From: a virus
Taxonomy: Duplodnaviria; Heunggongvirae; Uroviricota; Caudoviricetes
Length of the DNA: 64,000 bases
IMG/VR virus record: IMGVR_UViG_3300002834_000024
Coordinates: 64,001 to 128,000 of that record
Reading direction: 5' to 3' (one strand)
Shown: positions 29,991 to 39,148 of the stretch, piece by piece
Layout: each line of letters opens with the position of its first letter
Position numbering within the stretch: the first letter of the stretch is position 1
The notes under the pieces: model-generated
Told to the model about the DNA's origin: nothing
The model's database searches: none
The model's input: the letters and a program-made list of their open reading frames with translations, nothing else
Made by a program: the position numbers and the translations under genes

Positions 29991-31589
29991 TTAAAATACT
30001 AATTCAACAGGCAATTTAACCAGTTGTAGGAGTTCTTGATCTAAAGCGTCTTTAATTATGTCTAACATAGATGGTTTTTCTTTGTTAATTTTTTGAATAC
30101 CGCCTAATAATGTAGTAAGGATACTTCCATCAAAACCTGAAAATATATAATTTCCACCATCTTCAATGGTTGCTGGATAATCATTTGTTCTACCTCTAAC
30201 ATCCCACCATATAAAAACAAAATCTTTTACCCATTCTTCTGGAAATACTTCCAATAGTATTCTTTCATATGATTGTCTTACAGTTTCTTTACCACAAGCA
30301 TCAAATTGCATATCAGATACAATAAGAAGTGTATTTGGAAAATCTTCCAACGGAATATTTGAATATTGTTTTCTTTTTTCAGCAATAGACCTAATAACAC
30401 TTATTGCATCAGTATTAGACGGACAATCCCCCCATTTCATACTTAATTTCTTTTCACAAAATCCATCACCAGTTAATTTAACCCATTGACTTCTTTCTGA
30501 AAATTTGATAACCCAATCTTTAAATTCAGTTTCTTGAAGCGATGCGAAGAATATGCCTAATGATTCAGCAATACACATTCTTGTTACATTACCAGTAACA
30601 ATTACATCCATACTTCCGCTTCTATCAATAGCACAAATTACTTTTCGATTTGATAAAATACCACTTTCAGTATCAGATTTAGCAACTTTAATAAGATTTT
30701 CAAACTGTTTGTCAATTGTTAATTTTTGATATAATGGTATTGGAAAATTAGAATTAACCTTTGAACCCAATTCATAAACATATCCATTGAAATTAACATT
30801 TGGTTGATTTTTAACCCAATTAATAAATTTATCGGTTAAATTATTTCTTTCAATAAATTTTCCGCTTGTTAAAAGTAATAGTGCCTTTCCAGGTATTGTT
30901 TTGAAATTAAGATTATCAAAATCTTTATTACAGATAAGTTTTTGGAAAATATGTGCTTTTCCATCAGCCTTTAATTCCCTGTATTCTTTCGCATTAATAT
31001 GATTGTACTTGGCAAAGTACTTTGCAAAATTATTTGTAAACAATGACCATTTTGTTGTACATTTTTGTTGACTTCTAATTCTTGGCAAATATTTTTTAAC
31101 AAGATCACGTTGAGCATCACTCATCAATCCAATATTAATAACATCAAAGAACTTTGTCCATGAGAATGAAATATTATTGTCAATTGCCATAAATACAAGT
31201 TGAAATATATCTTTCCATGAACCAACTAATGGTAAAAGATATAAATTATCATAAAATGTGTTAGAACGATATGTTAAATACCATAATAAACGTTTTAAAC
31301 TTTCATCTCTATTACCTTGCCCTCGTTGAACTTTTTCTGTTGATTGAGAATTGCTATTTACGACTTTTCTTGTAATCATTCTTAAATAAAAAACAAATTT
31401 CAATGCAAGTTCTTCATCATAACTTGCGAGTTTTGCTTGGTCATTAAAAACTTCTTTAAGTGGTCTGTTTCTGTAAACACCCGCCTTTCCAAATTGATCA
31501 ACCAATTCATTTCCTGCACTTGAATTTGTTATTGCCCCATTATCGGTTAAATTATCCATCGTATTCACTTTGTTTAAAAATTGATTCAT
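29991..31589 (-). CDS. TROVE/Ro60-like vWA protein (DUF2828-like)
   Basis: ALKFVFYLRMITR...GQGNR, GSWKD, KYLPR, vWA MIDAS IDRSGSM, IVSDMQFD, SGFDGS. Confidence 0.8.
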   Translation of the reverse strand: MNQFLNKVNTMDNLTDNGAITNSSAGNELVDQFGKAGVYRNRPLKEVFNDQAKLASYDEELALKFVFYLRMITRKVVNSNSQSTEKVQRGQGNRDESLKRLLWYLTYRSNTFYDNLYLLPLVGSWKDIFQLVFMAIDNNISFSWTKFFDVINIGLMSDAQRDLVKKYLPRIRSQQKCTTKWSLFTNNFAKYFAKYNHINAKEYRELKADGKAHIFQKLICNKDFDNLNFKTIPGKALLLLTSGKFIERNNLTDKFINWVKNQPNVNFNGYVYELGSKVNSNFPIPLYQKLTIDKQFENLIKVAKSDTESGILSNRKVICAIDRSGSMDVIVTGNVTRMCIAESLGIFFASLQETEFKDWVIKFSERSQWVKLTGDGFCEKKLSMKWGDCPSNTDAISVIRSIAEKRKQYSNIPLEDFPNTLLIVSDMQFDACGKETVRQSYERILLEVFPEEWVKDFVFIWWDVRGRTNDYPATIEDGGNYIFSGFDGSILTTLLGGIQKINKEKPSMLDIIKDALDQELLQLVKLPVELVF

Positions 31590-31642
31590 AATATTTAAGT
31601 TTAAATGATTTTATATAAAATTACTATTTTTATTTTAAATAC

Positions 31643-33127
31643 CTAAAAAGGTTCCATATTTTGTTGTTTATTCATAACATTTGCTGCTATATTATTAATA
31701 GGTGAATTATAATTATCATCGCCATAAGCTTGTTCATAAGACATTTTTCTTGCATCATTTTTTTGAGCCTCTCTCATTTCATCCACACTATCAAAAAAAT
31801 CATAAACTATAATTTTTGGAATACCATTGTTTAAGGTTATTCTAAATGATCTTCCAGATTTCCCTTCTCGATTTTTTGGTATAAACAATTCTGCTTTATT
31901 TTCTTCTGCATCTTTCAATGTTCTATTTAATGTTATAACACAATGACCAACCTGAACTTTTCCAACTGATCCACCAACCTTTTCTAATGTCATTAACATA
32001 CCTTCCATTGAAGATTTTGTCCCTTGTGTTGTGACAACGATTGCACACCCAAAGTCTGCTATGAAGTTTTCTAATTGTCGCATTTTTTCAGTTTCAAGTT
32101 TCCATTCATTAGTTATATTTCTAACAGTTGGATTGGCAATACACTCAAAATAATCAATAATAATCATATCTGGTTTAAATCCTTTATTGATTTCTAATTG
32201 TATCTCATGTTTTATATCCAGTGGTGTTTTTTCACCTGTTCTAAATTTACTAAGTTTTATATTATTTTTAATAAGGTCTTTATGCTCATATTCTAAAGCA
32301 CGTTTTTTTGCTTTTTCGTTTTCTTCTTTTGTATTAATAAATCTTGCTTCTATTTCTGTAATTGCCCCCATATGTTTTCTTCTAATAGCAGCTGGATTAT
32401 CCTCAAAAAATATTTGCATTACTTTAAATCCTTCATTGTTATTTTCAGGGCATCTAAATGTTGCAGCACTTTCAGCTAATGCTGTTGATAAAGATGTTTT
32501 ACCTATACCTGAAGCTGCTGCTATAACGGTTAAATTTCCTTTAATTAATCCACCTTGTAAATATTCATCAATTTGAGGACATCCAATTGGTATGCGAACA
32601 ATACTTTCTGGTGAAAATGTTTCTTCAAAATTATCATAAACACCTGTCCATAAGTTTTCATGTTTACCAATAGATAAAATTTTACTTAATTCTTCTTGTA
32701 ATCCATCACTAATATCATTACCCCTTGAAATATAATCAAGTTTTTCATTAAAGAATTTAATTAATTCTTGTTGTTTAAAGAAATTTACGCTTTCTTCTTT
32801 AACAACATCAAAACCCTCTGTATCACGAGTTTTTATTGCATTTATGGTTTCACGTGTTAATTGTAATTCAATATCATTAGTAATAGTTTTAGATATTAAT
32901 GATGATAATAATTCATAAGAAGGTATGTAATCATTTTTTTGAACAAAATCTTTGATAAATCCAACGATTGTTCGATATGTTGGATTTGTAAAAGCATTTT
33001 GGTTTACAAATGTCATGTCATTTTTGAAAGCCTCTTTATCTTCAATAAAGATTTTAATTAACCTCATTTGAAAATCTTCCCCTAAATATCCTAGATGTGG
33101 ATTTTTTATAGATATTTTACTACGCAT
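31643..33127 (-). CDS. dnaB: Replicative DNA helicase (DnaB / T4 gp41-like)
   Basis: LQGGL..GNLTVIAAASGIGKT, IIIDYFE, VVTTQG, KNREG. Confidence 0.93.
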   Translation of the reverse strand: MRSKISIKNPHLGYLGEDFQMRLIKIFIEDKEAFKNDMTFVNQNAFTNPTYRTIVGFIKDFVQKNDYIPSYELLSSLISKTITNDIELQLTRETINAIKTRDTEGFDVVKEESVNFFKQQELIKFFNEKLDYISRGNDISDGLQEELSKILSIGKHENLWTGVYDNFEETFSPESIVRIPIGCPQIDEYLQGGLIKGNLTVIAAASGIGKTSLSTALAESAATFRCPENNNEGFKVMQIFFEDNPAAIRRKHMGAITEIEARFINTKEENEKAKKRALEYEHKDLIKNNIKLSKFRTGEKTPLDIKHEIQLEINKGFKPDMIIIDYFECIANPTVRNITNEWKLETEKMRQLENFIADFGCAIVVTTQGTKSSMEGMLMTLEKVGGSVGKVQVGHCVITLNRTLKDAEENKAELFIPKNREGKSGRSFRITLNNGIPKIIVYDFFDSVDEMREAQKNDARKMSYEQAYGDDNYNSPINNIAANVMNKQQNMEPF

Positions 33128-33212
33128 GTAAATTTTAGTTTATTCAAAATTACCGAAAAAAAGGTTTAATTGAAATTATTTTAAAGCCTATTTATAGTAA
33201 ATAAATCGCCTT

Positions 33213-33584
33213 ATGATTGTAACTGAAAATGAAATAAAACAGATTATAGAAACCTATGTTATACAATATTTAACAGAGCTTGGTGGTGGTCAAAGATTTG
33301 GTACTGGAAATAAAAATGTTGAAGATGATGCTGAAATCAATAAAAAATTGAGAGACAAAGGTCATAAAGAAACAGAAAGTGACAAAGCATTAAGAACTGC
33401 ATTAAGAACGCCAGGCTTGAATAAATCTGCTGTGGCTAAACAGGTTCAAGCATGGCGTGGACAAACAAAAGATACTAATCGAAGTTTGATTTCAAAAATA
33501 AGTCGGGGTATAATTAAACCAGACTCGGTTGTAAAAAATCAAATTAAAAGAGCAATTAGCAATGTTGGTGGAAAATTAAAATAA
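33213..33584 (+). CDS. Small basic protein with a leader motif and a C-terminal HTH-like region
   Basis: MIVTENEIKQII...YLTE leader; LNKSAVAKQV...NRSLISKISRG; late motif at 33188. Confidence 0.55.
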   Translation: MIVTENEIKQIIETYVIQYLTELGGGQRFGTGNKNVEDDAEINKKLRDKGHKETESDKALRTALRTPGLNKSAVAKQVQAWRGQTKDTNRSLISKISRGIIKPDSVVKNQIKRAISNVGGKLK

Positions 33585-33588
33585 AAAA

Positions 33589-34473
33589 TTATCCAACCTT
33601 TTCTTTTTGATAATTATAATATTCTCGCATTAATTCTAAACTATTTTCAATAATTTGTCTAATTCTTTCTGGAACATATTTAGTTTGCTCTGCGATTTCA
33701 ATTATTGTATGCGCTTTATAACAACCAATTCCAAAATGGAGACGGATAATATTTTCTTCAACTTTGTTTAGAATACATAATAATTTTTCAATATTATCTA
33801 TGTTATATTCTCTGTCAATAGCTTTTTCAAAATCATTATTATAATGATAACGAGTATCAAACTCATTATTAATTTGATAGTTTTCAGTAAATGTATCAGC
33901 AGAATCGTCATCATCCATGTCTATTGAGGACACTGATAAATTATAAACATCCTTTTCATTAAAAATTTCAACATCATATTTTGTACGAAGAATATGAATG
34001 ATTTCATCTGGCGTTGGTTCACGCAATTCTCGTTGCAGAAATTCATTTTTTATCTTTGTCAAAAGATATACTGTCTTATGTAAGTTTGTTTGTGTAATAA
34101 GTGGTTGGTCTATTTGATATTCACGTATTCTTTTTTCAATATAGTGAACTGCAAAGGTAATAAATTTAACACCTTTTTCTAAATCAAAATTATCTATTGC
34201 TTCCATTAATCCAATATTACCTTCATTAATAAAATCAAGTAAATCTTCGTCTTTTCGTATGTATTTTTTGGCAACTGACACAACAAAGCGAAGATTGGAT
34301 TTTATAATTTCATCTCTGACACTTTCATCACCATTCTTTAATCTATTGAATACTTCTATCTCATATTCTCTAGACATTTGTTTATACTTGCGTATATCTG
34401 CATAATACGCATCTATGATCGGTGAGTTTTCGACAAACTTACCAACCCTTTTGACATCTAAATTTCTTTTCAT
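33589..34473 (-). CDS. RNA polymerase sigma factor, RpoD/sigma70-like (no region 1.1)
   Basis: YYADIRKYK, NLRFVVSVAKKY, INEGNIGLMEAIDNFD..KGVKFITFAVHYI, region 4 ERIRQI. Confidence 0.93.
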   Translation of the reverse strand: MKRNLDVKRVGKFVENSPIIDAYYADIRKYKQMSREYEIEVFNRLKNGDESVRDEIIKSNLRFVVSVAKKYIRKDEDLLDFINEGNIGLMEAIDNFDLEKGVKFITFAVHYIEKRIREYQIDQPLITQTNLHKTVYLLTKIKNEFLQRELREPTPDEIIHILRTKYDVEIFNEKDVYNLSVSSIDMDDDDSADTFTENYQINNEFDTRYHYNNDFEKAIDREYNIDNIEKLLCILNKVEENIIRLHFGIGCYKAHTIIEIAEQTKYVPERIRQIIENSLELMREYYNYQKEKVG

Positions 34474-34515
34474 TTTTATTATTATTTTGTTTATTATCTA
34501 ATGTTTATATATAAA

Positions 34516-34558
34516 CAAAGATAATATATTTAAAACAAAAGTGCTTATGCTGGATGTT
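34516..34558 (-). promoter_or_regulatory. Promoter of the sigma gene: AACATCCAGC + 25 nt + TATCTTTG
   Basis: Conserved architecture with one mismatch. Confidence 0.72.
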
Positions 34559-34910
34559 AATATTTTAAATTATCTAAAACAGATTTTTTAGTATGATGTT
34601 CATAAAAAAATGTTGTTATTGTATAACATTCCACTGTTCCATCATCATTAGCATCCACTTCTGAATATATCTCATATAAGATGTGAAATATATCTCTATA
34701 TGATAATATTCGTTCAGGACATTTTTTACAACATTTTTTGCAATCTAATAATTTAGATGCAAATAATTTTATAAAATATTTTTTTTCTTTCGTTGTCAAT
34801 GGGTGCGAAGTATCACAATCTGACTTTACATTTTCAAAATATAATGAAAGTGTTGATTGTAATACTTCACTGTTAATTTTTACTTCTTCATTTAGCCACG
34901 CACCACCCAT
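34557..34910 (-). CDS. Hypothetical protein
   Basis: Tightly packed ORF. Confidence 0.5.
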   Translation of the reverse strand: MGGAWLNEEVKINSEVLQSTLSLYFENVKSDCDTSHPLTTKEKKYFIKLFASKLLDCKKCCKKCPERILSYRDIFHILYEIYSEVDANDDGTVECYTITTFFYEHHTKKSVLDNLKY

Positions 34911-34913
34911 TGC

Positions 34914-35195
34914 TTAACCACAAACTTCTTCAATCGTAATTTTTACTTTTTTGTTCTTAAATTTATTAAGAGTAGTATGTTCTCCCTTTCTATCCACAGA
35001 AGACAATACTAATGCGACATGCGAATCACAAGTATTACAGATTGGTTCTATTAATTTGATTTCTTCGTAATCATTTTGTTCGTCTTTCAAAAACAATTCA
35101 CCACTACACCCAGTTAAAGAAAATTCATTTTTACATTTACAAGTGTTAGAACCACAACATGCTTGGTCCAAAGATACACATTCATTTACACACAT
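34914..35195 (-). CDS. Cys-rich hypothetical protein
   Basis: Tightly packed ORF containing CxxC. Confidence 0.5.
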   Translation of the reverse strand: MCVNECVSLDQACCGSNTCKCKNEFSLTGCSGELFLKDEQNDYEEIKLIEPICNTCDSHVALVLSSVDRKGEHTTLNKFKNKKVKITIEEVCG

Positions 35196-35330
35196 AATTT
35201 AATTTTTATTCTATTCAATAATAATGAATTTATTTTAAAAAAGCAAAAAAGGCTAACATCTTTTTTAAATATTAACCTTTTTAGTCGGAAGGGGTACTTC
35301 CTAAAATATAGTGATACAAGAAAGAAATAC

Positions 35331-36953
35331 CTACTTTAAATAAATTTTACCCTCCATCATATCATTTTTATCTTCTTTACCCAATAGAAGATACTCACAT
35401 ACTGGTTTTGCTAACCCAAAATTAACTTGCGCCCATCCACTTGAACCAAATAATGAACCAACTGATTTGTATTGAAAACGTTTCCCATATGAATTTGCTG
35501 ATTGATGTAAATCACCTTTTATGAATACTGTATTTTGTTGATAAAGTTTACTATCAAAATAATTATCTAAAAATTCATTGATTTTATTTTCAGTTTTATC
35601 ATCTAAAACTAAAGGATACCCTCTTGTCATATCTTTAGCATCTTTACCATGTGTAAACAATAATGTATGCTGTCCATAACAAATAAAATCAATAAATCTA
35701 TCAAAAGTTAAAGCAAGCATACCAGGATATTTTACTTTAAAATATTCTTCCAATAATCTGTTTGCAATAAACCCATTGATACCATCATGATTTCCATCAG
35801 AAACAGAATAAAAATCAATATTTTCAGCAACTTCTGATTCATATAATTCTTCAACAAAATCTTTCATTAATTTTACATAATATTCAAATTGCTGTTTATT
35901 TGTTAGATTTTGTGGTAATTGATGTTGATGATGTCTAATTGTGCTATTATCAAAACCATCTAAAGCATCTCCAAGATTAACTAATATAATTCTATCAAAT
36001 ATTCCAACAATTTCAGAAAGATTTACAATTCGATTTAAAATAATTTCAAAACGTCTGTAAACTTCTTTAATGTTATAGTTGTTATCATATAATGAATCTT
36101 CGGATACCATTGCACCAATATGTAGATCAGATAACAAAATTACTAATGCTTTATCGGTTGTTTTCTTTACAATTTTAAAATTATAAGGTTCAATATCATC
36201 AAACGAAATAGTTTTAATCCATTCACTTATGTTTTTAAATCTATTTTTTAAATTTGTATGTTCTTGAAGTAATTTCAAATAATTTGTTTCAATATGTTTA
36301 CATTTTTCAGCTTCAATCTTTTTAAAATAAAGACTATCTTTTGCTCGAAACGTATCAGCCACTTTTTCATCAACATCTTTTTCTTCCAATTCATGGAATC
36401 CAAATGGAATACTTGCTTTTGTTATTGAAAAAGCACGTAATATCTTTTGAAAAATATAAAAATCAACATCCAATTCGTCTAACAATTCACGACTAACTTG
36501 TCTTTGCGTTAATTTACCCCCTTCATTAGTATATAAAGAAAGTATTTTATTCATAGCCTCTCTACTAATGTTACCAGTAACAATATCACCATATTTATTT
36601 TTAACGGAGTAAGAATAATACATTATTTTTCCATTCTCATCCCTTACAAATTGTGATGAATCTTCACATAACATATCATCATCTAATTTTATGATAGGTT
36701 CAGGTCTTTCTTTATATTTATTACGTTTTAACTTATCGTATAAATCATAAATTGTTTGGTATTGGTCTTGTGTAATACTACCACTTTCTAATGCACGTTT
36801 ACCACCATACCTTAAATAATCATAAAAATAATCATCATGTACATTGAAATAATCTGTGGTTTCAATTCGTGTTAAATTTTCGTCTAATCCATATTGAAGT
36901 TTCTTTAAAACATCATCATAATAGACATAATTTTTTTGTTTTTTTTCTTCCAA
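35331..36953 (-). CDS. Calcineurin-like metallophosphoesterase with a long N-terminal extension
   Basis: SDLHIG, LGDALDG, GNHD, HG and GDLH motifs. Confidence 0.85.
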   Translation of the reverse strand: MEEKKQKNYVYYDDVLKKLQYGLDENLTRIETTDYFNVHDDYFYDYLRYGGKRALESGSITQDQYQTIYDLYDKLKRNKYKERPEPIIKLDDDMLCEDSSQFVRDENGKIMYYSYSVKNKYGDIVTGNISREAMNKILSLYTNEGGKLTQRQVSRELLDELDVDFYIFQKILRAFSITKASIPFGFHELEEKDVDEKVADTFRAKDSLYFKKIEAEKCKHIETNYLKLLQEHTNLKNRFKNISEWIKTISFDDIEPYNFKIVKKTTDKALVILLSDLHIGAMVSEDSLYDNNYNIKEVYRRFEIILNRIVNLSEIVGIFDRIILVNLGDALDGFDNSTIRHHQHQLPQNLTNKQQFEYYVKLMKDFVEELYESEVAENIDFYSVSDGNHDGINGFIANRLLEEYFKVKYPGMLALTFDRFIDFICYGQHTLLFTHGKDAKDMTRGYPLVLDDKTENKINEFLDNYFDSKLYQQNTVFIKGDLHQSANSYGKRFQYKSVGSLFGSSGWAQVNFGLAKPVCEYLLLGKEDKNDMMEGKIYLK

Positions 36954-36974
36954 AACGTATAAATTTTATTTAAG

Positions 36975-37352
36975 TTATTGTTGAGTTTGTGAAAAACTTT
37001 CATATTGCCATAATCCAGGTTCTTTGTCTTTTCTTTTATAAATACCAACCTTAACACCATTTACGGCGTTGGTCATAACAATACTTATTATATCATTCAA
37101 ATTATTAATAATATAATTGTAAGTATTCCACGCTTTATCTTCTAATTCGTTATTCCAAATACGTCCATCAAATGATTTTTCAGTATCCTTGATGTGATTA
37201 TCATATTTACCCCACACCATCATAATGGTAGATAAAACATCAGATGTATAAAATAAATCATTGGTTAATATATCAACACCGCCGTTTATATTATTTATTT
37301 TAATTTGTCCTAAAACATTTAAAATATCTTCGGTAATTTCAATTTTTATCAT
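36975..37352 (-). CDS. Hypothetical protein
   Basis: Tightly packed ORF. Confidence 0.55.
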   Translation of the reverse strand: MIKIEITEDILNVLGQIKINNINGGVDILTNDLFYTSDVLSTIMMVWGKYDNHIKDTEKSFDGRIWNNELEDKAWNTYNYIINNLNDIISIVMTNAVNGVKVGIYKRKDKEPGLWQYESFSQTQQ

Positions 37353-37410
37353 TACGGAACAATTTTATTCAAATATAAAAATAATTTTTAACAATTCAAA
37401 GTTTATTTAC

Positions 37411-37929
37411 CTAATTACTATTAATTTCAATTATTTTTTCATAATATGGTAAGTGTTTTTGATGTGTTTTATTTTTTAATTCATTATATGTCATCCATTT
37501 AAAATCATCATTTTCAGGAATTGTCAATATTTCACCTTTATATTCAAATTGCATAGTATTTGAATAACAATTCTCTGGTCTTAAATCCCAAGTACATTCA
37601 TGTGCAAAAACAAATACTGTTTTTGACTTTCTCTGTTTAAAATGACCAACAAAAACTGGTTGAATATTTAGTTTAATTGGCATTTCATCAGCCGTTTCTT
37701 CAAAATATTCTCGAATAGCAGTATTTCTAAATCCCTGTATCCACGATTCAATATCGGATTTAAACATAATATCTTCTGACCAATCACATTGTTCGTTATG
37801 TCCTTTTGGAAAAAGCCAATAATCATTATTTTTATTGTGTGGTCCTCCAGCATGTGCGAGAAAAAATTCTAATTCATTAGTATTTCCCCTTTTTCTATAT
37901 AAAATCAGTCCACTACTTTTTTCCATCAT
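37411..37929 (-). CDS. NUDIX hydrolase
   Basis: SSGLILYR...FLAHAGGP...WLFPKGH...AIREYFEET; ATGA overlap with dnaJ. Confidence 0.88.
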   Translation of the reverse strand: MMEKSSGLILYRKRGNTNELEFFLAHAGGPHNKNNDYWLFPKGHNEQCDWSEDIMFKSDIESWIQGFRNTAIREYFEETADEMPIKLNIQPVFVGHFKQRKSKTVFVFAHECTWDLRPENCYSNTMQFEYKGEILTIPENDDFKWMTYNELKNKTHQKHLPYYEKIIEINSN

Positions 37930-39014
37930 GAGAAATTTTTATTTTTTCTTAATTTTTCTATTGTTTTCTGTTCGTCTTTATCCATTCTATCTGGAAATTT
38001 ATGTTTTATAAAAATATATAAATCACCATTTTGAATTGTTTGCATTTTAGGCAATCCTTTACCAACAACACGAAACTTATATCCGTCAACAGTATTTTTT
38101 TGTACTTTAATAGATACTTTTTGTTTATCAGGTAAAATACAAGTTGTTTCACAACCAGTTAATATATCAAGTATTGGTACTTCTTTTACTGTCATTAAAT
38201 CATAACCATTAATTTGAAATTCATTACTTTCAATATTACCAATGATAATATATAAATCCCCAGGTTCACCCTTGTACGCCTTTGGTAATTGATTTCCTTG
38301 ACCTTTCATTATTAAATTACTACCAACAACAATACCTCTTGGAATTGTTACATCAACGGTTCTTTCTTCTTTTTGTAATCCAGTTCCTTTACAATAAAGA
38401 CAACTATTTTCTATAATTTTACCATTACCATTACATGTTGGACATGGTGTCATAGTTTGAAAAACACTAAATGCCATAGTCTTTGTTTCAGTTATTGAAC
38501 CAGTGCCTCGACAGGTATGACAAGTAACCATAGTACCACCATTACAATTTTTACATGGTACATCAATATTATATTTATATTTCTTTGTTGTACCCTTATA
38601 TATATCATCTATTTTTAATGTTATTTTTAATGATATATTACTTCCCTTATAAGTTTGCGGATAATTACTTCTTCTAAATGGATCACCACCAAAACCAGGA
38701 AATCCCCTATTGGACATAAATTCTCGAATTATATCATCCATATCAGGATTATTGAAATTGGAATAATTAAAACCACTATTGGAACCTGTTAAATCATATT
38801 GTTGTCTTTTATTCGGATCGGAAAGAACATCATATGCTTCGGCTGCTTCTTTAAATTTTTCTTCAGCATCCTTATTACCAGGGTTTTTATCGGGATGAAA
38901 TTCCATAGCCTTTTTTCTGTATTTAGTTTTTATGGCTTCTTTAAATTCATTACCTTGTAGTTTTTTTTCTTCATCAGTTACCTCTAGAATATCATATAAA
39001 TTTTTTTTACTCAT
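37926..39014 (-). CDS. dnaJ: DnaJ chaperone (start re-assigned to ATG 39014)
   Basis: J-domain with HPD, G/F-rich linker, four CxxC zinc repeats, C-terminal domain. Confidence 0.95.
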   Translation of the reverse strand: MSKKNLYDILEVTDEEKKLQGNEFKEAIKTKYRKKAMEFHPDKNPGNKDAEEKFKEAAEAYDVLSDPNKRQQYDLTGSNSGFNYSNFNNPDMDDIIREFMSNRGFPGFGGDPFRRSNYPQTYKGSNISLKITLKIDDIYKGTTKKYKYNIDVPCKNCNGGTMVTCHTCRGTGSITETKTMAFSVFQTMTPCPTCNGNGKIIENSCLYCKGTGLQKEERTVDVTIPRGIVVGSNLIMKGQGNQLPKAYKGEPGDLYIIIGNIESNEFQINGYDLMTVKEVPILDILTGCETTCILPDKQKVSIKVQKNTVDGYKFRVVGKGLPKMQTIQNGDLYIFIKHKFPDRMDKDEQKTIEKLRKNKNFS

Positions 39015-39039
39015 AGTAAACAAAGATTTTTATTTTAAA

Positions 39040-39083
39040 CAAATATAATTATTTTAAATTATAATATTAACACACTGAATGTT
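39040..39083 (-). promoter_or_regulatory. dnaJ promoter: AACATTCAGT + 26 nt + TATATTTG
   Basis: Conserved architecture with one mismatch. Confidence 0.68.
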
Positions 39084-39091
39084 AAAAACAA

Positions 39092-39117
39092 GGATTGAAT
39101 AATCTAATACTCAATCC
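39092..39117 (-). terminator. Hairpin after dnaK
   Basis: GGATTGA / TCAATCC stem, followed on the minus strand by a T-rich tract. Confidence 0.5.
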
Positions 39118-39148
39118 CCATAACATAACATTTTCTTAATTACAACAC

